From Macrostomum lignano (taxonomy: Eukaryota): a DNA stretch of 64,000 nt. The position numbers were made by a program, and so were the translations under genes. Below are positions 27,319-41,014 of this stretch, piece after piece (positions within the stretch are counted from its first letter, which is position 1; each line of letters begins with the position of its first letter). Under the pieces are notes generated by a model. That model was not told the DNA's origin. It searched no databases and saw nothing but the letters and a program-made list of their open reading frames with translations. Where the stretch lies: contig NIVC01000591.1 of assembly GCA_002269645.1 (NCBI GenBank), positions 248,001 to 312,000 of the forward strand. The letters are read 5' to 3'.

Positions 27319-27715
27319 GGAGCCGTATGCAGAAAGCCTAGTCCAGACTAGCTAGTCCGGACTTGGGTAGTTCAGTCTATAGTCATAGGGCCGTATGCAG
27401 AAAGCTCTGTCTAGGGTAGTCCGGTCTTGAAAAGCTAGTCTAGACTTGGATTTGGTATGCAGAAACGCAAAGTTAGACCGGTATTCTATAGCAGAATTAG
27501 GCTAGCTAGACCATAGACCATAGACTGAACTACCCAAGCCCGGACTAGCTAGTCTGGACTAGGCTTTCTGCATACGGCCCATAGTCTATGGTCTAGCTAC
27601 CCTAGTTCTGCTATAGTAGACCAGTCTAACTTTGTGTTTCTGCATACCAAATCCAAGTCTAGTCTAGTTTTTCAAGACCGGATTACCCTAGACAGAGCTT
27701 TCTGCATACGGCCCC
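27319..27715. mobile_element. Nested MITE pair: a 193-bp MITE (27388-27580) inserted into an inverted copy of itself
   Basis: The inner copy is bounded by TIRs GGGCCGTATGCAGAAAGC/GCTTTCTGCATACGGCCC and flanked by ATA on both sides. The flanking halves 27319-27387 and 27581-27715 together form its reverse complement. Confidence 0.85.
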
Positions 27716-28625
27716 TTGTCTAACACAACTACTATTTATTTTCCTGGCTAAATAAACTACTTATAGCGATATAATTTGCAAAACCACAAAACTGGGCCCT
27801 GGGGCTACTACTCTTGCAAGAGATTTTAAAGTCGTGAAACCTGCCTCAGAAACAATTCAGACGTTTACTGCATTTTTCACTAGACAAAAAAATTATTGAT
27901 AGACTTAAAACTTTGCAACCAAAATCAGTAGGGTTTCTTCTAAATTCCTGTAATTTCTCTGCAAACTTAGAAAAGTGTTGATCTAAAAGACAATTATCTA
28001 TCTTTTTCTGAACAAGTAAATTCTTAACAGTGCTACTCGAGTAAAAGGAACGGCAACTCACAATAAACTACTGAAACCAAAATTTACACAGTTGAAGACA
28101 AAAGAATGTATTTATCTTTATTTCAGTTACAGATCAGTTTACATATAGTCTGTGAATCAAGAGTCAGCTATATGTCAAGACTAGACACTTGCAAGCTAAT
28201 ATAAACAAAAAGCGTCCTCATCTCAACAGTAGAGAGCAGAAATTTTAAAAAGATCTGCTTAATTTTCAATTAAAGTTGTGAAATTCATTTCCGCATTAAA
28301 GTTAGGGTCTGACTACTTCAAAGTAAAACAGCTGAAAAATATCTTTTGATGTTGTGAAAAACTCAAGTTAACAAAATTGTGAACCAAATAAAGACAATCT
28401 AGAAAAGCCAGGAATAAGTGTCTTATTGCCACCTGATTGCACATTATTAATTTAAAATTATTAGCTGAGACTAACAGAGGCAGTGATCGATTAAACATGG
28501 TATAATTTATATATCATAGAAAATGTTACCAGTTCTAAATCTCTATAAAAATAAAATAGAAAAACAGAAGCTATGATACACAGCCAGTGTTAGGCACTTG
28601 AGCTTCCACTCAATCCTCTCACAGC

Positions 28626-28745
28626 ACCCACCTCACCCCAGCACGCACTGATAAGAACTCGCCTCTCACCCACCCCACTCCGCCCAGCAGCCACCTCACG
28701 CCAGCACGCACTGATAAGAATAATGCCACTCACCCACCCCCTTCT
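28626..28745. repeat. Imperfect direct duplication of about 60 bp (ccacctcacYccagcacgcactgataagaa...)
   Basis: Two copies visible. Confidence 0.7.
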
Positions 28746-29394
28746 GTGCAACACTCGACACCCCACGCCAGCACATTAACGACACATCGAGATTTAAAGC
28801 AAGTAGAATTTCTACACAAACATTAGTATTCTGACGTTAAGATCGTACATTATTCATAGCATAGCTCGTATGTAGGCGCTTCATCTCGTTGATATTATTC
28901 AACGAACTTGCACAGGCCGCACTACTTGTCGTCAGTAGCCAGTTGCAGGACTGAAAATGTTGATAGAAATGGGAGAGATTTTAACTGAGGAAGCTGTGGA
29001 ACTCTTCTCATCTAAAAATCTATTTGAGACAATACATTTACTCAGGAATGAAACACTACAGTCATCATTAGCTACATGCCGCCATTTTTAACTAAACAGT
29101 TCGATAAGTTTGCTTAGGTGAAATTCAACACGGGACAAATTATCCATGCAAGTAAAACACTGGAGATGTGATCTCATGCATGATTGTGCAAGTAATCACT
29201 CAGTTAATGAGGAAGTTATTCACCCGGTCATTACGGAATCAGAGTCAAAAGGATCATTCTAGCCATAAATTCAAGGTGCCAAGGGGTATTATATGTTCAC
29301 AGTCAAGAGTTAAAGCAGAAAATTACACAGAAATCATATGGATTTGTAAGGCACTTCAGGCAATCGGTCATAATGTTGAGAGGTCTAAAATCGC

Positions 29395-30120
29395 GAGGTC
29401 ATGCAGCTACAATGTCATGCAGCCACAAGGTCATATAGCCGCGAGGTCATACACACACGAGGTCATACACACACGAGGTCATTCAGCCACGAGGTCATGG
29501 AGCCAAGAGGTCACACAGACACGAGGTCATACAGCCACGAAGTCATAAAGTCACGAGGTCATTCAGCCAGAGTTCATACAGCCAGAGTTCATACACAAAC
29601 GAGTTCATACACACACGAGATCATACAGCTATGGGGTCATGCAGCCACGAGGTCATGGAGCCAAGAGGTCATGGAGCCAATAGGTCATGCAGCCACGAGG
29701 TCATAGAGCCAAGGCAGCCACGAGGTCATACAGCCAGAGGTCATACAGCCACAAGGTCATTCAGTCACGAGGTCATACAGTCACGAGGTCATTCAGTCAC
29801 GAGGTCATTCAGTCACGAGGTCATACAGTCACGAGGTCATACAGTCACGAGGTCATACAGTCACGAGGTCATACAGTCACGAGGTCATACAGTCACGAGG
29901 TCATACAGTCACGAGGTCATACAGTCACGAGGTCATACAGTCACGAGGTCATACAGTCACGAGGTCATACAGTCACGAGGTCATACAGTCACGAGGTCAT
30001 ACAGTCACGAGGTCATACAGTCACGAGGTCATACAGTCACGAGGTCATACAGTCACGAGGTCATACAGTCACGAGGTCATACAGTCACGAGGTCATACAG
30101 TCACGAGGTCATACAGTCAG
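29395..30120. repeat. 16-bp minisatellite (GAGGTCATACAGTCAC)n
   Basis: Degenerate at the left end and near-perfect at the right; lies just 3' of the CDC50 stop. Confidence 0.96.
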
Positions 30121-30212
30121 TTGTCAAGCAGTGACACTGTGACATTTATGACAGATTTATGATCATTATGGACTCATTGCTATCAATCAAAGTCAGCTAA
30201 AAAGGCTTCAGC

Positions 30213-33200
30213 TCACGTTCGGCCGAACACGCCGGCCAGTTTCGGTCCGGCAGACGAGGCGTCAAACGCGGCATTGTCCCTGGCGGTCGCTGAATCTCCC
30301 GGGATCGAATCCGCGTCGCTGGCGCCGGCTACAGCGGCCGGAGCGGCCAGTTGATCATTCGCCACCAGCACGGTATTGGAGACGGCTCGCTGATGCTGAT
30401 TAGAGGGGTTGAGAACCAGGATGTCGCTGCGGGATCGCGGAGTTGATTGGGTCAGAGAGTCATTGGGTCATGGAGTCATTGGCTCATGGAGTCATTGGCT
30501 CATGGAGTCATTGGGTCATGAAGTCATTGAGTCATTGGGTCACGGAGTCATCGGCTTATGGAGTCATTGGCTCATGGAGTCATTGGCTCATGGAGTCATT
30601 GGGTCATTGGGTCATTGAGTCATTGGGTCATGGAGTCATTGGGTCATGGAGTCATTGGGTCATGGAGTCATTGAGTCATTGGGTCATGGAGTCATCGGCT
30701 CATGGAGTCATTGGCTCATGGAGTCAATGAATCATGGAGTCATTGGTCATGGAGTCATTGGGTCATGGAGTCATTGGGTCATGGATTCATTGGCTCATGG
30801 AGTCATTGGCTCATGGAGTCATTGGCTCATGGAGTCATTGGCTCATGGAGTCATTGGCTCATGGAGTCATTGGCTCATGGAGTCATTGGCTCATGGAGTC
30901 ATTGGCTCATGGAGTCATTGGCTCATGGAGTCATTTGCTTATGTAATCACGAACCATAATAAGTGATAATGAGTTTCAATGAAAAAAATTTGCAAATAAT
31001 TCACATTTTTATTTAACGTTAGGCTGCGAAAATACTTCGCAATTGCTCTTTAGCTAAACAATTTCAGCAATGCGATAACTTGTAGATTACAAAAGATAAT
31101 CAATCTAATGTTAGATCTTCATTGATTTGCAATCAAGCTAAACGCTTATGATTTCTACAAAAACACGGGTCGTATTGTCTGCTGATCTTCGTTGTTGGAT
31201 GACCTCAAACTGAAAAAATACAGTGCGTTTAGTGCGTTGCTATTCAGAAAACGAATATAACTCCCCTGATACCCTCCGCCCCTATACTCTTCCGCCTACG
31301 AAGAGACAGGGACGCCTAACACGAGACAGGGACGTCTACTAAGAGACAGGGGCGCCCACCAAGACATACGGGCGCTCACAAAGAGACAGGGAAGTCTACC
31401 AAGAGACAGGGGCGCCAATCAAGACACAGGGGCATCTAACCAAGAGACAGGGGCGCCAATCAAGACACAGGGGCATCTAACCAAGAGACAGGGGCGCCAA
31501 CCAAGAGACAGGGGCGTCTAACCAAGAGACAGGGGCGTCTAACCAAGAGACAGGGGGTCTAACAAAGAGACAGGGGGTCTAACAAAGAGACAGGGGGTCT
31601 AACAAAGAGACAGGGGGCTAACCAAGAGACAGGGGATCTAACAAAGAGACAGGGGGCTAACCAAGAGACAGGGGCGTCTAACCAAGAGACAGGGGGTCTA
31701 ACAAAGAGACAGGGGGCTAACCAAGAGACAGGGGCGTCTAACCAAGAGACAGGGGGTCTAACAAAGAGACAGGGGGTCTAACAAAGAGACAGAGGGTCTA
31801 ACCAAGAGACAGGAAGTCTACCAAGAGACAGGACCGCCGAGACAAGACAGCAAATAATGGCGCCCCTTAGGGTTGCAGCCCCTTTAATTAAAATTCCTAC
31901 GTACAAAATTACACCACTGCTTTACAATTATTTTTAACTCTATATTAACTTTCTATTCGTGTACGGACAGATTAAACTGAAGTTTTTCGTGCAACATCGA
32001 GTTGGAAAGTCATGCTCGCTGTTACAAACTGTGTGAGTGAGTGAGTGAGTACCCGTGTGCTTCCTCAGGTTTTGATAAAATGAAATGGGCATTGCGCTAA
32101 TTGCAACTTCTACAATGCTCAATAAACTCACTTCTTGCTAGCTTGGATGTGAATAACCACAAACAAAGCGCCGAGAACGATGTGCAGGCAGCCCACAACC
32201 ATGTAGATGATGCCAAGCGCCGGATTGCGACCGCCAGACCAGCTCGAGGTTGTCAGTACGAACGACTTCGTGCCGGAAAAAGCGTTCACCGGATAGGCGT
32301 AATTCACCTGCGACAGATTGAAGTGGCTTTTGATTATTGAAGTCAATTAAAATTGAATTCTTTTAACAAATCAATTTGAGCTAGATCCATAATATTGAGA
32401 CGTAATATTAGGCTTGTATCCTGTCTGACTTGATTTATTTACAGTACTCTATAAAACCTGCTTTAGACCTACTTAAAACTCTTCTTTTGAGACCTTTAAC
32501 CTCTCAACACAAATTCCATGAGACCTGCTCTAAACACACTGTCCTTTGAGACCTGCTCTAAACACACTGTCCTTTGAGACCTGCTCTCAACACAATTTCC
32601 ATTGAGACCTGCTCTAAACGCACTGTCCTTTGAGAACTGCTCTAAACACACTGGCCTTTGAGACCTGCTCTAAACACACTGTCCTTTGAGACCTGCTCAA
32701 AACACACTGTCCTTTGAGACCTGCTCTAAACACTGTCCTTTGAGACCTGCTCTAAACACACTGTCCTTTGAGACCTGCTCAAAACACACTGTCCTTTGAG
32801 ACCTGCTCTCATACACTGCTTCTTGAGAACCTGCTCTCACACACTGTTGCCTGAGACCTGCTCTCACACATTGCTCCCTGAGACCGGCTCTCAAAACACT
32901 TCTTGAAGCTTACTGAAAACACCTCCTTGAGACTCGCTCACGGCTCAAGACTCTCCACCTTTGGACTTGTTTACTACATTCAGGAATTGTTTGTGTCTCA
33001 AGAATCATTTAAAATTCGTCAAGACCAGCCCACGACACAATACGTTAAGACTCTCTAAAGTTCCCTCCCGATGCAGTCCCCGCGGAACCAACCAGCAAAG
33101 TGTAGTTCCCACTCGGCAGGCCATCCTTGAACCAGTCTGCAGCGCTGCTGGCGTTGTGCAGCACAATTCTGTGCAGCTTGCGAAACGAAGGCAGAGCGGC

Positions 33201-34611
33201 AGTCCGCATCCACACGATCAGCTCCTCGTCACCTTGGAAGCTGTCTGCACTTCTCTGCTCCGGCGACAGTCTCCAATTTGGCGGCTTCGACGTACCCGTG
33301 AAATTCTTCACCCGACCAAATTTCCTTTCCCGATCGCTGGCCCAGGAAATTCCCCGGCTAGTCCATGGAACTTCCACGGCCAAGTCGGCCCCGGCGGTTG
33401 GCGAATGGTAGAACAGCTGGAAGGTGTCGTTGAACAGGCTGTTGGCGATGGCGCCGCAGGGCAGGATCCAGCTGCCGGAGCCGGGGTCCTGCCGGTACGG
33501 GCTGCAGTCCTGCAGAGGCTCCTCGCTGCCGGGCTTCCAGCCCAGCAGCTGGCTGTCGTCGCGGCTCTTCACGTAGCGTCGATGATTTTGATAGAAATTG
33601 GTAAGGGCGTAGTAAGCGAACACCTGGCCCGTGAGGTTGTCGGGCAGATGGATTGACATGTTGCACACGCAGGGTGGGCGCAGCCATCGGTAGTAGTCGG
33701 GCTTGTTGGCCTTGAAATACGGGTTAAGAAGCTGGGGCGTTTTTACCTATTTCAGCATCTATCTGACACTCATTTCAGCATCTATCTGACACTCATTTCA
33801 GCACCTATCTGACACTCATTTCAGCACCTATCTGACACTCATTTCAGCACCTATCTGACACTCATTTCAGCATCTATCTGACACTTATTTCAGCACCTAT
33901 CTGACACTCATTTCAGCACCTATCTGACACTCATTTCAGCATCTATCTGACACTTATTTCAGCACCTATCTGACACTCATTTCAGCACCTATCTGACACT
34001 CATTTCAGCATCTATCTGACACTCATTTCAGCATCTATCTGACACTCATTTCAGCACCTATCTGACACTCATTTCAGCACCTATCTGACACTCATTTCAG
34101 CATCTATCTGACACTCATTTCAGCATCTATCTGACACTCATTTCAGCACCTATCTGACACTCATTTCAGCACCTATCTGACACTCATTTCAGCACCTATC
34201 TGACACTCATTTCAGCACCTATCTGACACTCATTTCAGCAATTTTTAAAACAGGTTTCCTCTGAAATTTCACCTGTTCCAAGCAGGAGATGCCGCTGGCG
34301 TCCCGACAGTTGGTATAATTGAACTCGGCCTCCTTCACCGACTGTGAGGCTGTGAACAGCACCGCCCCGATGGGTACGAAAGCCGCGCCGACTAGAAAGA
34401 AGAGCGGAAAAACCGACCGAGCGGTTAGTAGCGGTTGCCAAGCCGGCAGCTTTTGTTGATGAAATTTCGAATCGCTGGGCTTGCGAAGCGGCGGCGGCGG
34501 CTTCTCTTCATTGTCGGCCCCGGCGTCGGCGTCGGGGTACTGCGGCGGCGGTGGCGGCCCGCCAGAAGAGTGCGCTTGCATCTCGTGTTGGGTGCGCTTG
34601 TTCGAGGCCAT
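30213..34611 (-). CDS. TMEM30A: CDC50/TMEM30 family P4-ATPase (flippase) beta subunit; exons 34611-34273, 33731-33093, 32307-32132, 30426-30213 (455 aa)
   Basis: Family motifs KFHQQKLPAWQP + TM1, YYALTNFYQNHRRYVKSRDDSQL, PCGAIANSLFNDTF, EELIVWMRTAALPSFRKL, YPV..FSGTKSF..SWSGGRNPALGIIY + TM2. Phases 0, 0 and 2 match; the CDS is 1368 bp. Confidence 0.93.
30445..30935. repeat. 16-bp minisatellite (GGGTCATGGAGTCATT)n, array 2, in CDC50 intron 3
   Basis: Same unit as at 21345. Confidence 0.95.
31300..31845. repeat. 21-bp minisatellite (AACCAAGAGACAGGGGCGTCT) in CDC50 intron 3
   Basis: About 25 imperfect copies. Confidence 0.93.
32515..32935. repeat. 28-bp minisatellite (GAGACCTGCTCTAAACACACTGTCCTTT) in CDC50 intron 2
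   Basis: About 14 copies. Confidence 0.93.
33750..34238. repeat. 23-bp minisatellite (ATTTCAGCACCTATCTGACACTC) filling CDC50 intron 1
   Basis: About 21 copies. Confidence 0.96.
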
Positions 34612-35215
34612 CGATTGAATTATTGGCTGAAGGGATTAAGGGTTAAGGCTTTTAGTCTTCACTAGTAGTTTTAAGTACTAAAAAAGATAGTCAGAAATTG
34701 ATATTTGCTAAAATCATATTTTTAAGCTAGCTGACTGCCAGAAATGTATAACTTGAAAATTTAAAAGCATAAAAATGATAAAGAAAAAATATTTAGAAGC
34801 TAAAATATTTCACTTGATATCTTGAACTTTGCACTAGGGACTAGTAGTATGTATTAATGTATAATGAAATTAATTTGTTTATCACTATTCAAAATATACA
34901 TCTTGATGTTTTTATATGAAAAAAATATATGTACCTATATGGGCATAGCAACATATAATTGTGTTTAATACCAAAAGTAGGCCTATTATTACGTCAACGT
35001 CAACATACGTAAAATTTTATATACATCGACACCTGTATATTCAGGCTCTCTGGGTAAAAATTTGATGCATAGATTCAATGAATAGGAAAAAAACAGTACT
35101 AAATTTTTATTCACAGACAGCACTGTTCAGGAAGCATTTGAATTCGAGTCAAGTCAAGAAACTGTTATCAATTTTTTTCGCTGGTCTTATTTAAATTAGT
35201 CTTATTTAAAGTTAA

Positions 35216-35609
35216 CGAAGAGCTTGCGTGCACGGCAGCCGTTCACGTAAGCTCAGAATTGCGTGCACGGTGGCTATCTACCTAGTGCTTTATTTGCATG
35301 TATGCAGCCGTACACCTAGTGTTGTAATTGCGTGCACGGCAGCCGGCAATTGGCCGGGACTGGGGCCCTTAAATCCACGCATTGGCATTGGCAAACCTAA
35401 TTAAAAAATATTTTTACTATATTGTTTTATAATGTTTTATCCCCCGTACACCATGGACTGCAAATGTAATCTTAATTAATTGTTTTTTTGTTAACTTGAA
35501 TATTAATTCGAATAGTATATGACTTACTGTATAAGCCTATAAGATATAGCTCTGCCGTGCACGCAATTCTGAGCTTACGTGAACGGCGGCCGTGCACGCA
35601 AGCTCTTCG
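35216..35609. mobile_element. MITE with about 55-bp TIRs and a 9-bp TSD (Mutator-like)
   Basis: TIR CGAAGAGCTTGCGTGCACGGC.GCCGTTCACGTAAGCTCAGAATTGCGTGCACGG at both ends; TAAAGTTAA at 35207-35215 and 35610-35618. Confidence 0.88.
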
Positions 35610-37339
35610 TAAAGTTAAGTATGTTTTCAGATACCGTATTACCGTTTTTGTTTGAAAAAACGTTACTGTTGGGGTTTTCTTTGGACAAGGAAAAGGCGAA
35701 CTGAAAGTCGGTAAATGCTTCGTAATTAGAGGCAGAATTATCGTTTTAAAATTTTTGCTTTCGATAGTATCAAACGAAATAACAAATACAATTATTGTTA
35801 CTACATGTACTTTTAAGGTTATATTTTCTTTTTAACATAATAGAAAGCAATACTTTTCGAAAATACTTTTAAACTTTCTCTAAATATATTATAAAGATTC
35901 ATTAAAATCCGTTATTAAAACAGGCAATCAGGCTTAATTATTGCCTTTAGGCGCATAAGCATAGTAACCTTTGTCATAGCATTCAAAAGGTTTTCATTGT
36001 GAATAGTTGAGCTCTAGGGGGTAATATTTTACCGGTGAGATTAAAAAGTGAACTTTTATACGATATATATGTAGTGTTTACCCGGCCCATATAAGATATA
36101 TGGTTCATCACAAATGCATTGTGGTGAGGCGGCAGATATCGCCTAATTTGAAGAAAAGAAAAAGGTAAAAAGTTTTAAATAAAAGTTTAGAAATATTTCA
36201 ACAAAAAAATGCCTTCTATATCACTATACTGATCCGAGCACTTTTTAAATGCTCGTAGTTAAAATAAGAGAGCCGCGGTGGCCATTTGCAAGATCGAAAA
36301 TGGTCAAAGATTACTATGCATGTACACGTATAGTACTGTATAAACGGACCAGCTAGCTAGATGTCGTGAAGTACATGTAAATTACCAAACTTAAAAGCAA
36401 GTGGCCAGAAAAACACAGTATTTAAAGCAAAGTTGCAAACTCAAATCATGCCTTTTCATAAATTCCGTTTCGAAAGCGTATACAAGAGTCTGGACTTCAA
36501 ATACATGGTAAACGCTCCCCTCGCGTATACTTAGTATTTTAGATCATAAATCATAATTCATATGTAAATCACATGTAAATATGCACGGCTCGATCTTTGT
36601 GTTGGTAACTACAGGAGAACTTCCCTCGTGTACAGATTTGCATGTATTCTGCGCGCGCATTAACTTACCAGTATAATATATGTATAAATGTATACATAGA
36701 TGTACATATATGTAAATTGTCAAAAGAGGAATTTTTATACTAGTTTACTTTTTTATTTATGATAATTAAGGTCACAATTACGGAATGTTGCTTTTTGGAG
36801 TTTTTACGGAGTGATCGAGTGTAAATTTTTTAGGCCTTATGCAAATATAAGGCCTTATGCAAATGTAAACTAATTTCTTACTGTATGCTAATTAGCAAAC
36901 CAGTAAGGATGTTTTTATATAGTACAGATCCAGTAAATATTCTTGACAACTTCTACATGTCGCTCCGCTCGAATGTGAGCCAAAGCAATTCTGGCATGAA
37001 AACAACCAGTCAGTTCTCGCACATTATCCCTGCAGAACATCTATAATCACGTAGGTAGATCTCTATTATGGAAGTATCCATTATTCAGGCCAATGGGAAT
37101 GCGCTAGCTGCAGGATATATCTAGAGCTCGGATAAGTTAAATAAATTGATTTTTCCCCTAGCAAATTCCCAATTCTCACATAGCAGAAAACATCAGTAAA
37201 CAGACTGATAAACACACTGTAAACAGGACTTAATTGATTTGTTCTTCACAGACTTTACAGGTACCTCAGATTACCTCGACGTAAGCATATAATAATCAGA
37301 TAAGTCAGTGAGTTATTGGGAAATTAAATCGTAAAGTTG

Positions 37340-38306
37340 AATTGGGTCATGAGTCATTGGGTCATGGAGTCATTGGGTCATGGAGTCATTGGCTCATGGA
37401 GTCATTGGGTCATGGAGTCATTGGGTCATGGAGTCATTGGGTCCTGGAGTCATTGGGTCATGAAGTGATTGCATGGAGTCATTGGGCCATTTAGTCATTA
37501 AGTCCTGGAGTCATTGGGTCATGGAGTCATTGGGTCATGGAGTCATTGGGTCATGGAGTCATTGGGTCATGGAGTCATTGGGTCATGAAGTCATTGGGTC
37601 ATGGAGTCATTGGGTCATGGAGTCATTGGGTCATGGATTCTGTGGGTCATGGATTCATTGGCTCATGGAGTGATTTGGTCATGAAGTCATTGGGTCATGG
37701 AGTCATTGGATCATGGAGTCATTGGATCATGAAGTCATTGTGCCATGGAGTGATTGGGTCATGGAGTCATTGGGTCATGAAGTCATTGGGTCATAGAGTC
37801 ATTGGGTCATGGATTCATTGGGTTATGGATTCGTTGGGTCATGGAGTCATTGGGTCATGGAGTCATTGGGTCATGGAGTCATTGGATCATGAAGTCATTG
37901 GGTCATGGAGTCATTGGGTCATGGAGTCATTGGGTTATGGATTCGTTGGGTCATGGAGTCATTGGGTCATGGAGTCATTGGGTCATGGAGTCATTGGGTC
38001 ATAGAGTCATTGGCTCAGGGAGTCATTGGGTCATGGATTCATTGGATCATGAAGTCATTGTGCCATGGAGTGATTGGGTCATAGAGTCATTGGGTCATGG
38101 AGTCATTGGGTCATGGAGTCATTGGATCATGAAGTCATTGGGTCATGGAGTCATTGGGTCATGGAGTCATTGGGTTATGGATTCGTTGGGTCATGGAGTC
38201 ATTGGGTCATGGAGTCATTGTGCCATGGAGTCATTGGGTCATGGAGTCATTGGGTCATGGATTCATTGGGTCATGGAGTCATTGGGTCTTGGAGTAATTG
38301 GGTCAT
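37340..38306. repeat. 16-bp minisatellite (GGGTCATGGAGTCATT)n, array 3
   Basis: Same unit as at 21345 and 30445. Confidence 0.96.
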
Positions 38307-38713
38307 AAATAGATTTTTCAGTTCAGTCTTAAAAATTCCATAATTTCATAAATTAGCTCAGTTCGCAACCAGCGAGGGCATAAAAAGTGAGCAAAAACTC
38401 CGCCGCCAACCCATGCAGCCTCGAACTCTGAAACTCCGGGCGCGCACGCAAGCAGGCAAAGCGGCGCTTCGGGCTTTTGGGTTTCCGCCTTTCCTGCCTG
38501 ACAAAAATGATTTATGATTGCCTTAGTTGAGCACGAGCAAAGTGAATGGAGCCAAGCTTATGCAGTGAATGCTTGCCACTGTAGGGGAATAGGGAGTTCA
38601 ACTGATGCGAGCCTTTTGTGCCTGACTGATGGAAGTCCATGGAGTCCGCACTTCTGACAGACATCTGACGGGTAACAATGCACTCTGGAAAATACGAGCG
38701 GAAAATCTGGAAA

Positions 38714-39076
<363 letters not shown>

Positions 39077-39516
39077 CAGCTTCCAGCAGAGCAGCGGAAG
39101 TGAACGGGGAAACAAGGCTCCAGGGGTCAAACAATGCCATGCAACATGCCCAGCAGACACGCAATCTCCCACTGTAACATTTAAGCCCAGATAATTCTGT
39201 TTACCCAGCGCGATTATTAAGTGCGCATAATGTTTACGAGCATATTGTTTTCTTGTCAGCTTTTAGTCCCGAAGCCAAATTAGTCAAAATCTATGTCGGA
39301 TTTCGCGGTGCACGCTTATCCAGGCAGAGCTTAAGTTGTCCCCAGTATGGCCTGAGAATAGCACGAGAAGCGAGCTTGGGCTTCTCAATTCCAGATCCAG
39401 GGCTGGTCTGTCGCAGGCAGCCTGATCCCTCTGGGAATTCTTGGGAAAAGAGAATTTACTTCACCCAGGAAATTAGGTTTTGGCGTTTTACTGAGTAAGA
39501 GAATTGTAGTCTAGTC

Positions 39517-39517
39517 T

Positions 39518-39592
<75 letters not shown>

Positions 39593-39620
39593 CAGTAGCA
39601 GTAGTAGTAGTAGTAGTAGC

Positions 39621-39691
<71 letters not shown>

Positions 39692-39722
39692 CAGTAGTAG
39701 TAGTAGCAGTAGTAGTAGTAGC

Positions 39723-39754
<32 letters not shown>

Positions 39755-39959
39755 CAGTAGTAGCAGTAGTAGTAGTAGCAGTAGTAGTAGCAGTAGTAGT
39801 AGCAGTAGTAGTAGCAGTAGTAGTAGTAGTAGTAGTAGTAGCAGTAGTAGCAGTAGTAGCAGTAGTAGTAGTAGTAGTAGTAGTAGTAGCAGTAGTAGCA
39901 GTAGTAGTAGTAGCAGTAGTAGTAGTAGCAGTAGTAGTAGTAGCAGTAGTAGTAGTAGC

Positions 39960-39991
<32 letters not shown>

Positions 39992-40136
39992 CAGTAGTAG
40001 CAGTAGTAGTAGTAGCAGTAGTAGTAGCAGTAGTAGTAGCAGTAGTAGTAGCAGTAGTAGTAGTAGTAGTAGTAGTAGCAGTAGTAGCAGTAGTAGCAGT
40101 AGTAGTAGTAGCAGTAGTAGTAGCAGTAGTAGTAGC

Positions 40137-40186
<50 letters not shown>

Positions 40187-40553
40187 CAGTAGTAGTAGTA
40201 GCAGTAGTAGCAGTAGTAGTAGCAGTAGTAGTAGTAGTAGTAGTAGCAGTAGTAGTAGTAGTAGTAGCAGTAGTAGTAGCAGTAGTAGTAGCAGTAGTAG
40301 TAGCAGTAGTAGTAGTAGTAGTAGTAGTAGCAGTAGTAGCAGTAGTAGCAGTAGTAGTAGCAGCAGTAGTAGTAGCAGTAGTAGTAGTAGTAGTAGTAGC
40401 AGTAGTAGTAGTAGCAGTAGTAGTAGTAGTAGTAGTAGCAGTAGTAGCAGTAGTAGCAGTAGTAGTAGTAGCAGTAGTAGTAGCAGTAGTAGTAGCAGTA
40501 GTAGTAGCAGTAGTAGTAGCAGTAGTAGTAGTAGTAGTAGTAGCAGTAGTAGT
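39517..40553. repeat. (AGT)n/(AGC) trinucleotide microsatellite
   Basis: The source of the poly-T/L/Y ORFs. Confidence 0.98.
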
Positions 40554-41014
40554 ATTTCCTTGGGTGAAAAAGTACAATGTAGGTCGTTATACAATTTATT
40601 TCCAAGAGCTGAATACACAGAAATATTCATTGCTTGCTAAATTACGAATTCACCTGCTGCCTGCTGCTGAAAAATGCAGGGATGAAACCGAGGGGATATT
40701 TGCTCTCCAGTCTGGCTAAAGAATCGTAAAAAAAATTTTTCCTTCAACTTTCCCGCCTGAAAGCAACACCAGTAGCCAAAGTGTGTCTGCTAGGCCGTAT
40801 GTGGTTACCAGCACTGCCATTGTTGCACTGTCTGATAGAGGCACTGCGTTCTCGGGTAGAAGTGTCAGAGCCAGACAGATGGCTCGAAATTCCGCTGGTG
40901 GGAAAGTTTTGCAGGTACTCAAATTTCAGAGAATGAGAGGGTGACAAACTGCTTTGAGGCTAAAATTTGGCCTTGCAGACTCGCATGGCAGCCTGATATT
41001 TGGGGGTTTCTTTG

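Noticed and set aside
40716-40947. Small minus-strand ORFs with a donor-like GTAACC
   Set aside because: No recognisable domain and no partner exons found.
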